Source: an uncultured Thermoplasmata archaeon (GTDB lineage Archaea > Thermoplasmatota > Thermoplasmata > RBG-16-68-12). Taken from it: a DNA stretch of 64,000 nucleotides. The stretch covers positions 192,001-256,000 of the forward strand of contig CAVYJM010000011.1 of assembly GCA_963768855.1 (NCBI GenBank). The letters run 5' to 3'. A program made the position numbers and the translations under genes. Below, piece by piece: positions 37,650-47,245 of the stretch (position 1 is the first letter of the stretch; every line of letters starts with the position of its first letter). Under the pieces are notes generated by a model. It was not told the DNA's origin and did no database searches. It saw nothing but the letters and a program-made list of their open reading frames with translations.

Positions 37650-37805
37650 ACCGAAACCCGTCGCATCCCACCCTGTTCGGGTCAATGGGGAGGGAGCGGG
37701 TACCCGCACAACGCGGTGGCCCATCTTGTTCGCGACCTTCTCTGGCCGCCCCTGGTTCCGAAACCTTTCAATCCTGACGACGTGGTGCAACCCTCGGCGG
37801 CAAGG

Positions 37806-38006
37806 ATGGTATCCTACAAGGTGGAGGTCGTGACGCCCACGGGATGGACATCGGCCCAGGTGATCACCAAACAGGTCCAGGCGAGGCTGGATGCGTTCGT
37901 GGCCGGAGGATGGCGTCTGTCGGGAATGGCAGGCCTCGCGGGGACCGGCGGATTTCTCGGAGGTGCGATGAACCCGTACCTGGTCCTGGTCTTCGAACAC
38001 GAATGA
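37806..38006 (+). CDS. DUF4177-like small protein
   Basis: SYKVEVV...LDAFVAGGWRL...LVLVFE. Confidence 0.6.
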   Translation: MVSYKVEVVTPTGWTSAQVITKQVQARLDAFVAGGWRLSGMAGLAGTGGFLGGAMNPYLVLVFEHE

Positions 38007-38133
38007 CGGCCCGATGCGGGGGGAGGAGACCTCCTCCCTCTTCTCGACCCGAGGGCGACCGAGCCTCTACGATGAGGTCGTCCTGGCCGGGCGCGAGGAA
38101 GGTTCGCAGCGGCTCCAGCGACGGGTGCCGCGA

Positions 38134-38898
38134 TCAGCCCAGGCGTTGCGCGACGGCCATGGGGAGCGGGTCGTCCCGCCGCAGCGAGTGAAGTCCCGAT
38201 CCCTCGTCCGTGCTGTACGCCCCGACGAGGACCATCCCGGCGCGGGCGAGGAGCCTCCGGAGGACGGGCACGGAGAGGACGCGCGTGGAATACGTGTTCA
38301 CGAACGTCCGCCGGACGCGATCCCCGTCGAGCGCGAAGAAGCGGTTCTGGGCGGTGAGGAGGTGCCGCCGCGGGTCGAAGGCGAGATCGTAGAGCCAGAT
38401 GATCCGCATGGGGGCGTCGTGGTAGATCCAACCCGGGCCCTCCGTCTCCCGCTCCAGGGCCTGCGCGAATTCGAAGACGTACGCCCCACCCGGGCTCAGG
38501 TGCCGGCGGACCGTGCGGAGGTGTCCGAGCAGGTCTCGCTCCGTGAGGAGGTGCGTGAACGCCCCGTCCATGCAGACGGCTGCGTCGAACGTCCGTCCGA
38601 GATCGAAGCGTCGCATGTCCGCGCGAACGAACGTGAGGCTCGGGCGTCCGCGCGCTTTCGCCCGCGCGACTCGGAGCATGCCCGCGGAAGAATCGATTCC
38701 CGTGACTCGGTATCCGCGCGTCGCGAGGATGAGGGCGTGGTTTCCGGTGCCGCATCCGAGATCGAGTAGGGAAGCGGGTTGGCGAGGGAGGAATCTCGAG
38801 AAGACCGTCTGTAAGAGGGAGCACTCCGCAGGATAGTCGACGTCATCGTGGAGGACGTCGTAGTACTCCGCGATCCGATCGAAGAGGTTCCCCGTCAT
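38134..38898 (-). CDS. Class I SAM-dependent methyltransferase
   Basis: LDLGCGTG, GIDSS..ML, ADMR..FDAAVC. Confidence 0.88.
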   Translation of the reverse strand: MTGNLFDRIAEYYDVLHDDVDYPAECSLLQTVFSRFLPRQPASLLDLGCGTGNHALILATRGYRVTGIDSSAGMLRVARAKARGRPSLTFVRADMRRFDLGRTFDAAVCMDGAFTHLLTERDLLGHLRTVRRHLSPGGAYVFEFAQALERETEGPGWIYHDAPMRIIWLYDLAFDPRRHLLTAQNRFFALDGDRVRRTFVNTYSTRVLSVPVLRRLLARAGMVLVGAYSTDEGSGLHSLRRDDPLPMAVAQRLG

Positions 38899-39141
38899 GG
38901 CCGCTCGTCCGCCTGGCACGCCTTTCGCCGCGGACGGTCTCCCGGGCGGAGGCATGGCTCAGCAGGTTTTCAGGGTATCTTCGGGGGGAATCCTGATCGG
39001 AGCGTTCGTGATGCTGCTCCTCAAGCGCCGCAAGAGCGAGCCGGGGAGCGGGAACCCGCCCAAGGGGCGAGTCCCCCTGAGGGATCTGCCTCCCGGACTC
39101 AGGGCGAGGGTTCTTGCCCCGAGTGCCCTTTTCCTTCCCCG

Positions 39142-39918
39142 ATGCTCGCGCACGACGCGTTCGGACGGGAGGGCTCGCCCGCGGTTGCCCTCCTGCACGG
39201 CTGGCCCCTGGATCGGACGATGTGGTCCGAGGTCGCACCCCGCCTTGCGGATGCGGGCTTCCGCGTCCTGTGTCCCGATCTCTCCGCCTTCGGCCAGAGC
39301 CCCGCGCTCCCCGAGGATCGATGGACCGTCGAAGCTTACGCCGAGGAGGTCGCCGCCTTCCTGCACGGCGTCGGCGCAGGGCGAGTCGCGGTGGCCGCGC
39401 ACAGCTTCGGGGGGTACGTGGCCCTCGCCCTCGCGCATGCGGATCGGGACCTCATCGCAGGGCTCGGCCTCGTCTCCTCGCGGACCACGGCGGACACGGA
39501 GGCGGGCCGCGCCGGACGACTCGCGACGATCGAGAGAGTCCGAGCGCAGGGATCCCAGGCGCTCCTCCCGGACCTCGCGGGGAAGCTCCTGGCTCCCGCC
39601 GCCCCGGACGAGCTCCGGGTCCGGGCGACCCAGATGATTCAGGCCGCCCCCCCGCGGGCGGTCATCGCCGGACTCGCCGCGATGGCGGCGCGCCGGGACC
39701 GCACGGTCGTCCTGGAGTCCCTCCCGCGGCCCCTGCTCGTCCTGCACGGCGCCGCGGACCAGCTCATCCCGGTCGCGGAGGCCCCCAAGCCCTCGCGCCA
39801 GGCCGGCCCGCTTGACCGTATCATCCTCCCGGGGATCGGCCACATGCCGATGTGGGAGGCGCCTGCCAAGACGGCGGAGGCTCTGCAGGCCTGGGCCCGC
39901 TCCGCCCACGGTGTGTGA
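39142..39918 (+). CDS. Alpha/beta hydrolase
   Basis: LLHGWP, AHSFGG, LHGAADQLIP, GIGHMPMWE. Confidence 0.88.
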   Translation: MLAHDAFGREGSPAVALLHGWPLDRTMWSEVAPRLADAGFRVLCPDLSAFGQSPALPEDRWTVEAYAEEVAAFLHGVGAGRVAVAAHSFGGYVALALAHADRDLIAGLGLVSSRTTADTEAGRAGRLATIERVRAQGSQALLPDLAGKLLAPAAPDELRVRATQMIQAAPPRAVIAGLAAMAARRDRTVVLESLPRPLLVLHGAADQLIPVAEAPKPSRQAGPLDRIILPGIGHMPMWEAPAKTAEALQAWARSAHGV

Positions 39919-40020
39919 GGCCGGCCGTCTCCCGGAACGGCGCGTTCGCCGTCGCTGCCTTCCGGATGCGGTCAATGGGCACGAAAGAGCTAAGCCCCCG
40001 CAGACCCCCTGCGTCGTTGG

Positions 40021-41208
40021 ATGCGCATCGCGATCCTCGGCGTCGGGGGACTCGGTCGCACCCTCGCTTCCGAGCTCCGGACCGATCCTCGGGTCAGCGG
40101 CCTGCTCCTCGCCGACCAGAGGGGTGAGCGCGCGCGGATTCTGACCGCGATCCGCGGACGCGTTCCGATCGAGGCGCGCCAGATCAACATCGAGGACACC
40201 GAGGCCGTCGTGCGCGCGGTCCGCGGCTACGACGCGATCGTCAACACGGCCCTGCCGAAGTACAACCTGTCCCTCATGGAGGCGGCCCTCCAGGTGGGGA
40301 CGGACTACCTGGACGTTTCCGCGGCGGGGCCGCGCGTGCGGGGTGGCAAGCCCGGGATCTTGGAGCAGCTCGACCTCGACGACCGGTTCAAGGCGGCGGG
40401 ACGGACTGCGCTCCTGTCGATGGGCGTCGATCCCGGCATATCGAACGTCCTGGCGCGGGACGCGGCGGACCACTTCGATACGATCGACAGCATCCGCGTC
40501 CGCACCGCGAGCCTCAACAAGGAGGGACGCGTCCAGCCGTTCCCCGTCTACTCCCGGGAGGCCTTCCTGGCCGACATCCTGATCCCACCGACCGTGTGGC
40601 TCGACGGGAGCCTGCAGGAGCGGGAGCCCCTGAGCGAGGAGGAGGAGTTCCCCTTCCCGCCGCCGGTCGGGCGCCAACGGGTCTTCATGGTGTCCCACGA
40701 GGAGACGAAGTCGCTCCCGCGGTTCCTCCGCAAGCCGGTCCGCCGAGTCGACTACAAGGTCGCCCTCGAACCGAACCTCGTCCGCGCCCTGATCGCGCTG
40801 GACCACCTCGGCCTCCTCGAGGACTCCCGCATGATCCGCGTGGGGGAGCAGATGGTCCCCTTCCGCCGCACGCTCCTCGCCGCCTTCCCGGAGACCTCGG
40901 CCCTCCTCCTCCCGCTCGATGGCCTCGAGGCCCTCGCCGTCGAGGTCGAGGGCACGCGCGGCAGCGATCGCCTCGTGCGGCGCGGGGACATCGTCTTCTC
41001 GCATCAGGAGGCGAACCGTCGGCGTAGCACGACGGCGGTGTACTACCTCACCGCCGTGGGCGCGGCGATCGGCCTCGAGCTCCTCGGCGAGAAGGCCGCG
41101 GGAGGACCCGGCGTCGTCACCCCGGAGGCGCTGGACCCGGCCCGCGTCTGGAAGGAGTGGTCGGCGAGGCAGCTGCCGCTCGTCTGGTCGGAGAGACCCG
41201 CGGCCTAG
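40021..41208 (+). CDS. Saccharopine dehydrogenase / carboxynorspermidine synthase-like oxidoreductase
   Basis: ILGVGGLG, NTALPKYN..LMEAAL...DYLD, MGVDPGISN, HEE. Confidence 0.8.
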   Translation: MRIAILGVGGLGRTLASELRTDPRVSGLLLADQRGERARILTAIRGRVPIEARQINIEDTEAVVRAVRGYDAIVNTALPKYNLSLMEAALQVGTDYLDVSAAGPRVRGGKPGILEQLDLDDRFKAAGRTALLSMGVDPGISNVLARDAADHFDTIDSIRVRTASLNKEGRVQPFPVYSREAFLADILIPPTVWLDGSLQEREPLSEEEEFPFPPPVGRQRVFMVSHEETKSLPRFLRKPVRRVDYKVALEPNLVRALIALDHLGLLEDSRMIRVGEQMVPFRRTLLAAFPETSALLLPLDGLEALAVEVEGTRGSDRLVRRGDIVFSHQEANRRRSTTAVYYLTAVGAAIGLELLGEKAAGGPGVVTPEALDPARVWKEWSARQLPLVWSERPAA

Positions 41209-41235
41209 CCGAGGGCGGACGCATCCTCGAGGGGC

Positions 41236-42741
41236 TCAGCTCGGATCGCCGAACGTGATGTAGTGCCACGGCTTGCGGACCGCGTCGTTCAGGTCCACGT
41301 ACACGTGCTTGACCTGAGTGTACTCCTCGAGGCTGTAGATCGAAAGGTCCTTGCCGAACCCGGACTGCTTGTACCCGCCGTGGGGCATCTCGCTCACGAG
41401 GGGCAAGTGCTCGTTGATCTCCGCCGCGCCGAAGCGCAGGGCGTTCGCGACGCGGAACGCGCGCTGCACGTCCTTCGTCCAGACGCTCGAGTACAGGCCG
41501 AAGACCACGCCGTTCGCGATCTCGAGGGCGTCGGCCTCCGTCTTGAAGGACATCGCGGTCACGAGAGGCCCGAAGACCTCCTCGCAGGAGATGCGCATGT
41601 CCGCGGTCGCCCCGCTGAACAGGGTGGGCTCATAGTACCAGCCCTTCTCGAACTGCTTCCCGGCCGGCCGCTTCCCGCCCGTCTCGAGGCGGCAGCCTTC
41701 CTCCTTCGCGAGGCCGGCGTACTTCTCCACTTTCTCCCGCTGCCGGTCACTCACGAGGGGCCCGAGGTCCGTGGACCGCTCGAGCGGGTCGCCCGGGCGG
41801 ACGTCCTTGAGCCGCTTCGCGAACTTCTGAATGAACTTCGGGTACGTCTTCTCCTGGATGACGAAGCGGCACGCCTGGGTGCAGTCCTGCCCGCCGTTGA
41901 CCATCGATGCGGCGACCGCGCCCTCGACGGCGGCGTCCAGGTTCGCGTCGTCGAAGACGATGAACGGGGCCTTGCCTCCGAGCTCGAGGTGCAGCCGCTT
42001 CACGTTGTTCGCGCCCGCGCGCATGATCTCCTTCCCCGTGGCCGTGTCGCCCGTGAGGGAGACCATGTCGACCTTCTCGGACGAGGACAGCGCCTCGCCG
42101 AGGACCGCGCCGGGTCCCGTAATCACGTTCACGACGCCCTTCGGCAGCCCGGCCTTCTCGACGAGCTTCCCGAGCTCGATGGACGTGAGCGGTGTCAGGG
42201 ATGCGGGCTTGAGGACCGCGCAGTTCCCGGCCGCCAGGGCGGGGGCCAGCTTCCAGATCGCCATCATGAACGGGTAGTTCCACGGGGTGATCGACCCGAT
42301 GACGCCGACGGGCTCCCGGCGGATGATGCTCGTCGCGCCGTAGGCGTATTCCATCGACGCGGAGCCCGTGAGGGTGCGCGCGGCTCCCGCCATGAAGCGC
42401 AGGTTGTCCACGCTGAACGGCAGGTCCCCGTCCCGGGCCTGCTTGATCGTCTTCCCCTGGTTCTTCGATTCCAGGATCGCGAGGCGGTCCATGTCCGCTT
42501 CGATGAGGGCGGCGAGCTTGAGCAGGGCGGCCGCGCGGTCGCTCGGCGTCATCTGGGGCCACTTGCCCTTGTCGAACGCCTCGCGCGCCGCGTCGATCGC
42601 GGCCTTCGCGTCCGGCTCGCCGCCTTTCGGGACGTCCGCGAGCTTCGATCCGTCCGCGGGGTTGATGACCTTGTAGGTCTCGCCCTTCTCTGCCCCGACC
42701 CACTCCCCGTTGATGTAGTTCAGGTACTCCAGCTTGGCCAA
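41236..42741 (-). CDS. Aldehyde dehydrogenase (aminobutyraldehyde dehydrogenase-like)
   Basis: ITPWNYP, LELGGKAP, GQDC, EEVFGP, HGGYKQSGFGKD. Confidence 0.9.
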   Translation of the reverse strand: MAKLEYLNYINGEWVGAEKGETYKVINPADGSKLADVPKGGEPDAKAAIDAAREAFDKGKWPQMTPSDRAAALLKLAALIEADMDRLAILESKNQGKTIKQARDGDLPFSVDNLRFMAGAARTLTGSASMEYAYGATSIIRREPVGVIGSITPWNYPFMMAIWKLAPALAAGNCAVLKPASLTPLTSIELGKLVEKAGLPKGVVNVITGPGAVLGEALSSSEKVDMVSLTGDTATGKEIMRAGANNVKRLHLELGGKAPFIVFDDANLDAAVEGAVAASMVNGGQDCTQACRFVIQEKTYPKFIQKFAKRLKDVRPGDPLERSTDLGPLVSDRQREKVEKYAGLAKEEGCRLETGGKRPAGKQFEKGWYYEPTLFSGATADMRISCEEVFGPLVTAMSFKTEADALEIANGVVFGLYSSVWTKDVQRAFRVANALRFGAAEINEHLPLVSEMPHGGYKQSGFGKDLSIYSLEEYTQVKHVYVDLNDAVRKPWHYITFGDPS

Positions 42742-42843
42742 CGTATCCTCCCCAGGAGGTTGGCTAAGGAACGCGGGAGGGCGTAAGTAGGTTTCGCGGG
42801 GTCCCCGGAGGCCGCGTGCCGGGGCCGGCGCAAGCGTCCTGCA

Positions 42844-42861
42844 TCAACCTTAAACAAGGTT
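42844..42861. promoter_or_regulatory. Second copy of the AACCTT-AAAC-AAGGTT operator, upstream of ALDH
   Basis: TCAACCTTAAACAAGGTT identical to 9060-9077; minus strand reads TTTAAG (TATA-like) about 105 bp before ALDH. Confidence 0.72.
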
Positions 42862-42908
42862 AACCGGCGCCCGATGCGCGCAGGTCGTCGGGTGGGGCCG
42901 ACTCCGGC

Positions 42909-44006
42909 TCACGCGCGGAGCGCGCCCATGACCTCGGGGAACGCGGTCGCGAAGCGCTTCGCGTCTTTTTCCGGCACGGTGAACGAGACGCGGAAGAACT
43001 TGCTCCCGTTGAGCTTGGAGAGGTAGGAGCCTGCGCGGCCGTGGACGAGGTGGTCGTGGAGCAGCTTCTCCTCGAGGGCCTCGGGGTTCACGCCCGTCGC
43101 GCTCACGTCGATCACGAACATGTTCGCCTTGGAGGGGAACACGGGCAGGGACGCTCCGTCGACCTTGTCCACCGCTCCCTTGATCGTCCTCTGGTTTGTC
43201 TCGCAGGTCTTGCGGATTCCAGGCAGCCACTCCTTCTTCGTCTGCAATGCGGCGAGCGCGGCATGCTGCGCGAGGACGTTCACGCCGAGCGGGTTCGTGT
43301 CGAACTTCTTGATCTGCCTCATGAGCTCCATCGGCCCTAGGATCGCGCCGACCCGCATCCCCGCGAGGCCGGGCGCCTTGCTGAAGCTGTACGACAGGAG
43401 GGTCTTCTCCGGGTAGAACTCGGAGGCGAGCACGTGGTCCGGGTTGAAGTCGCGGTAGGTGATGTCGTCGATCAGGACGAGGTCGTGGTCCCTCGCGACC
43501 TCCGCGACCCCCTTCACCTGGGACCGCGTGTAGCCGGAGCCCATCGGGTTGTCCGGGTCGATGAGGAACACCGCCTTCGTCGCCGGCCCGACGGCCTCGT
43601 TCGCCCACTCCGGCGTCAGGACGTATGGCTTGCGGTAGATGTCGACGGCCTTCGGCCGGGCGCCGCACATCTCGATCTGCGCGTGGATCGGGAGGAAGGC
43701 GGGGTCCGTCGAGACGACCTCGTCGCCCGGCTTCAGGAGCGCGCGGGTCGCGAAGTACTCGCCCTCGATGCCGCCGTTCGTCAGCACGAGATCGTAGCCC
43801 TCGAGCCCGAGGTCCTCGAGGATCGCCTCGGGCAGGCCGAAGATCCCGCGCTTGAACGGGTAATTGTTGAACTCCCGTTGCTCGAAGCTCGTCCGGATCG
43901 CGTCGAGGATCGCGGGATGCATCGGGAGCGTGTTCGTGTTCTGGGACATCCAAGCGACTTCGCTGCGGTGCTGGTGGGCGTACTCGAAGTTGTCAATCGA
44001 GGCCAT
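42909..44006 (-). CDS. Class I/II PLP-dependent aminotransferase
   Basis: DPDNPMG, IDDITY, SFSKAPGLAGMRVG. Confidence 0.9.
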   Translation of the reverse strand: MASIDNFEYAHQHRSEVAWMSQNTNTLPMHPAILDAIRTSFEQREFNNYPFKRGIFGLPEAILEDLGLEGYDLVLTNGGIEGEYFATRALLKPGDEVVSTDPAFLPIHAQIEMCGARPKAVDIYRKPYVLTPEWANEAVGPATKAVFLIDPDNPMGSGYTRSQVKGVAEVARDHDLVLIDDITYRDFNPDHVLASEFYPEKTLLSYSFSKAPGLAGMRVGAILGPMELMRQIKKFDTNPLGVNVLAQHAALAALQTKKEWLPGIRKTCETNQRTIKGAVDKVDGASLPVFPSKANMFVIDVSATGVNPEALEEKLLHDHLVHGRAGSYLSKLNGSKFFRVSFTVPEKDAKRFATAFPEVMGALRA

Positions 44007-44085
44007 GGGACCCCTCCGGTGGGTGCGACCACGGCGACCTTCCTCATATCGGTTGCGGTCGATTCCATTCGGGCACCGTCGCGGA

Positions 44086-44436
44086 ATGATATGTTCGGCA
44101 CCTTCTTCGGGAGCCGCGGTCCGTGGCTCGTGGGGTGTCCCGTTGACGTGCTGCGAGGATCTGCACAAGGCGTTCGATGCGAAGGCGAACCGCGATATTC
44201 AGGTCGGCGAACTCCCGACCGGCCTGCATGTGAACGGCCGGGTCGCATGGTACGTGTACCAGGGTTCCTACGCGGACCTGTCCGTCAAGGGCTGGGACGT
44301 GTTCTGGAAGAAGTTCGCGACGTCGGGCCTGAAGATGGAGGGCGCTCCCGGGGACGTGTACGCCTGCAGCCCCGGCTGCCACACGGAGGACCACCAGGCC
44401 AAGATGCTCACGATCATGTGGGCGCCCGTGGCCTGA
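44086..44436 (+). CDS. GyrI-like small-molecule-binding protein
   Basis: VAWYVYQGSYADL..GW..F, PGDVY; start uncertain. Confidence 0.6.
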   Translation: MICSAPSSGAAVRGSWGVPLTCCEDLHKAFDAKANRDIQVGELPTGLHVNGRVAWYVYQGSYADLSVKGWDVFWKKFATSGLKMEGAPGDVYACSPGCHTEDHQAKMLTIMWAPVA

Positions 44437-44440
44437 CCTC

Positions 44441-44454
44441 GGAAAGACTTAAAC
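44441..44454 (+). promoter_or_regulatory. BRE/TATA of tRNA-Val
   Basis: GGAAAGACTTAAAC about 28 bp upstream. Confidence 0.55.
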
Positions 44455-44480
44455 GGAATCAGTCCTTAGGCGGCGGGGCC

Positions 44481-44553
44481 GGGCTCGTGGTCTAGTGGTT
44501 ATGACGTCACCCTGACATGGTGAAGGTCACCGGTTCGAATCCGGTCGAGCCCA
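44481..44553 (+). tRNA. tRNA-Val(GAC)
   Basis: Acceptor GGGCTCG/CGAGCCC, anticodon arm TCACC-CTGACAT-GGTGA, T-arm ACCGG-TTCGAAT-CCGGT. Confidence 0.95.
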
Positions 44554-44589
44554 CTTACCTTCCGGTTCGAAATCTATATCCCCTGGCGC

Positions 44590-45933
44590 GTGAATCCCGT
44601 TCTCGTGGTTCGAGTCCCAGGGAGAGGCGGGCGCGGGGCGAAGTACGTCAGCCTCCTGGCCGATCCCTCCATGGAGCGATGGCATCGGAACGTGGCCCGC
44701 GGATCCCAGATCACCGCGGACGTGTACCTTCGGCGACTGGGTCATGTGTGCGCGACCCGCGGTACCTCGCCTGCCGCCCTTCTGACAATGAGTTCGAAGG
44801 AGCGGCGCGACTTCGCCGCGGACCTCGTCTCGGATATGGAAGAGGCGGGCCGCGCGGGGAGCTACGTCCTCTCCACCCTGCGTGCGATCAAATCGTGGCT
44901 CGCGTTCAACGGAGCCGCCCTGGAGCATCCGATCAAGGTCCGGGGTGCGCAGGCGACACCCACACTGGAGAAGGAACGCGTGCCCACGCAGGACGAGCTT
45001 CGGCGGATTCTCCTCGCCGCTTCGCCTCGGGAGCGATGCGCGGCCGCCCTGCTGGCCCACGCGGGTCTGCGGCCGGAGACCCTGGGGAACTACCGTGGAA
45101 CGGACGGGCTTCGCCTTGGCGACCTCCCGGACATACGGATCAAGGGCAAGATCGTGGCCTTCAACAAGCTGCCCGCCCAGGTCGTCGTCCGTCCGGAGCT
45201 CTCCAAGTCCGGCCGGAGGTACTTCTCGTTCCTCGGCCCCGAGGCCGCCGACTACCTGAAGGCGTACCTCGAGGAACGGATGCGGGACGGGGAACGCTTG
45301 AACGAGGAGAGCGACGTGATCGCCCCGGCGTGGTCCACGAAGGCCTTCCTGACGTCCATCAACGTGAGCGACGCGGTGCGGAAGGCGATCCGCGTGGCCG
45401 GCTTCCGCTCCCGGCCCTACGTCCTCAGGGCGTACTTCGACACCCAGCTCCTGCTCGCGGAGAGCAAGGGGAAGATGACCCACGCCTACCGGCAGTTCTT
45501 CATGGGCCACGTCGGGGACATCGAGGCTCGCTACACGACGAACAAGGGCCGCCTACCGCCCGACCTCGTCGAGGACATGCGCGACGCGTACCGGCGGAGC
45601 TTGTCGTTCCTTGAGACGACGAAGCCGACGGACCGCGAGGGGGAGCTCAAGGCGTCCTTCCGGCGGCAGATGCTCCTCGTCGTGGGCCTCGAGGAGAAGG
45701 AGATCGGGAAGATGGACCTCGACGGGATGAGCGACGCGGACCTCCAACGGATCGTCCGGGAGCGGCTCGTGGGCGCTTCCGGTGGCGCCGGCAACGGTTC
45801 CGTGAATGGGCCCCCGAATGGCTCACGCCAGACGATCGTCGCCCTGTCCGCCGTGGAGACTTACCTCGAGCGCGGCTGGGAATGGGTCGCGCAGCTGCCC
45901 GACGATCGCGCGGTGCTCAGGCACGTCGGTTGA
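44590..45933 (+). CDS. Tyrosine recombinase (site-specific integrase)
   Basis: Catalytic set GLRPETL (R), YVLR (Y replacing H in H-x-x-R), FMGH, ARYT (Y); N-terminal SAM-like domain. Confidence 0.9.
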   Translation: MNPVLVVRVPGRGGRGAKYVSLLADPSMERWHRNVARGSQITADVYLRRLGHVCATRGTSPAALLTMSSKERRDFAADLVSDMEEAGRAGSYVLSTLRAIKSWLAFNGAALEHPIKVRGAQATPTLEKERVPTQDELRRILLAASPRERCAAALLAHAGLRPETLGNYRGTDGLRLGDLPDIRIKGKIVAFNKLPAQVVVRPELSKSGRRYFSFLGPEAADYLKAYLEERMRDGERLNEESDVIAPAWSTKAFLTSINVSDAVRKAIRVAGFRSRPYVLRAYFDTQLLLAESKGKMTHAYRQFFMGHVGDIEARYTTNKGRLPPDLVEDMRDAYRRSLSFLETTKPTDREGELKASFRRQMLLVVGLEEKEIGKMDLDGMSDADLQRIVRERLVGASGGAGNGSVNGPPNGSRQTIVALSAVETYLERGWEWVAQLPDDRAVLRHVG

Positions 45934-46144
45934 GCAGGATCGTCCAGACCTCCATCTTCGCGAGGAACTCCGGGGGTGTCAGGACATCACGCTCGGCGAG
46001 GATCACCGAGCGGAGGGGATGATCGTCGGGGAGATGGGCGAGGACGAAGTCCTTCAGCCTGTGGATGGACACGGCGGAGATCCCGTGGAGGGCCGGCGGT
46101 GCCTCGACGGAAACGGATCGAGGTCTACGAGGTCCGCGGGGCAT
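45917..46144 (-). CDS. Small hypothetical protein
   Basis: LKDFVLAHLPDDHPLRSVILAERD..EFLAK..W. Confidence 0.55.
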   Translation of the reverse strand: MPRGPRRPRSVSVEAPPALHGISAVSIHRLKDFVLAHLPDDHPLRSVILAERDVLTPPEFLAKMEVWTILLNRRA

Positions 46145-46838
46145 CCTTCCGCATCGCCTCCTTCCTCGTGCTGCGTGATTTGCTCAATGAACAGCCCACG
46201 AGGCATAGGCGGCGCGCGGTCGTCCGTCCGACGCCCAGGGTCCGGGCCACCTGAGCCCAGGAACGTCCGCTCCGGCGCAGCTCAAGCGCCCTGGCGGGCA
46301 GACCGGGGTCCCGGGCCAGAGCGGAGACCCGGGCGCGTCCCCAGAGGAACGGCTTTCCGCGTCTCGCGGCCTCGGCACGGCGGGCCGCGATCCCCGCTGC
46401 GACGCGCTCGCCGATCGCTCGGCTCTCGAACTCGGCGGCCCACGCCAGCACGGCGAGGATGAGTTCCGCCGTAGGTGCGTCGGGATCCCACCACGTCTCG
46501 CAGACGGAGTAGACCCGAACCCCGGCACCTTGCAGCGTCTTGAGGACACGGAACATCTCCGCGATGCCTCCGCGCGTGAACCGGTCCAGGCGGAAGACGA
46601 TCAGGATTTGGAAGCGGTGCATCGCCGCGTCGTGGAGGAGCTTGCGGAGGACGGGACGATCCCGTCGTCGTCCCGAACCCTCCTCCTCGTAGACCGTGAC
46701 GCCGCGGAGGGAGAACCCGAGCCGCTCCACCAGCTCCCGGCACGCGTGGACCTGGGTCTCGAGACCGTGACCTTGGAGCTCTCGTCCCGTCGAGATGCGC
46801 GCGTAGATGGACGCGGAGCGCGCAGGTCGGTCGACCAT
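46125..46838 (-). CDS. Serine recombinase (resolvase/invertase) with C-terminal HTH
   Basis: IYARIST..Q, EEEGSG, LIVFRLDRFTR, FESRAIGERV..G, SWAQVARTLGVGRTT. Confidence 0.9.
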   Translation of the reverse strand: MVDRPARSASIYARISTGRELQGHGLETQVHACRELVERLGFSLRGVTVYEEEGSGRRRDRPVLRKLLHDAAMHRFQILIVFRLDRFTRGGIAEMFRVLKTLQGAGVRVYSVCETWWDPDAPTAELILAVLAWAAEFESRAIGERVAAGIAARRAEAARRGKPFLWGRARVSALARDPGLPARALELRRSGRSWAQVARTLGVGRTTARRLCLVGCSLSKSRSTRKEAMRKDAPRTS

Positions 46839-47107
46839 CAGCCCTCCCCGTGCCGCGAATCCGCGGGGTGTACAACCCCCGCGGGGGCCTGGGGGTCGCC
46901 CTCCCTGCCCGCCGGGGGCTCTGCGGGGTGTGAAACCCCCGCCCGGCGCATCTCGAGGCATTCCTGGAGGTATGCGCCCAGGGCCTTGGACAGGGTCGCG
47001 TACCCGCGGTCGATCATGAAGCGGGCGAGTTCGTGGAAGACCTCCTCGCTCACCACGCCCGCGATCCGGACGAATCCCTTCCTTAGACGACCCGTGGGCA
47101 TCAGCAC
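46838..47107 (-). CDS. Small ribbon-helix-helix-like DNA-binding protein
   Basis: FVRIAGVVSEEVFHELARF..RGYATLSKAL..YL pattern. Confidence 0.5.
   Translation of the reverse strand: MLMPTGRLRKGFVRIAGVVSEEVFHELARFMIDRGYATLSKALGAYLQECLEMRRAGVSHPAEPPAGREGDPQAPAGVVHPADSRHGEG
46863..46942. repeat. Two palindromes GCGGGGTGT(AC/GA)AACCCCCGC 60 bp apart
   Basis: Copies at 46863-46882 and 46923-46942; related palindrome at 48645-48662. Confidence 0.6.
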
Positions 47108-47207
47108 CGCCTTCGCTCAGAGAGGCGTGGCGTCCACGCGACGGGAACGGCGGGTGCTGATGTCGTGGTACTCATTCCCGGGCCGGGACGCCGTGGTGAA
47201 CCTTTAG

Positions 47208-47234
47208 GGTAGCGAAAACGCTACCTGGGTAGCG
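47208..47234. promoter_or_regulatory. Triple GGTAGCG box (direct-inverted-direct)
   Basis: GGTAGCG-AAAA-CGCTACC-TG-GGTAGCG directly upstream of the HTH gene. Confidence 0.6.
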
Positions 47235-47245
47235 GTGCTGATGTC

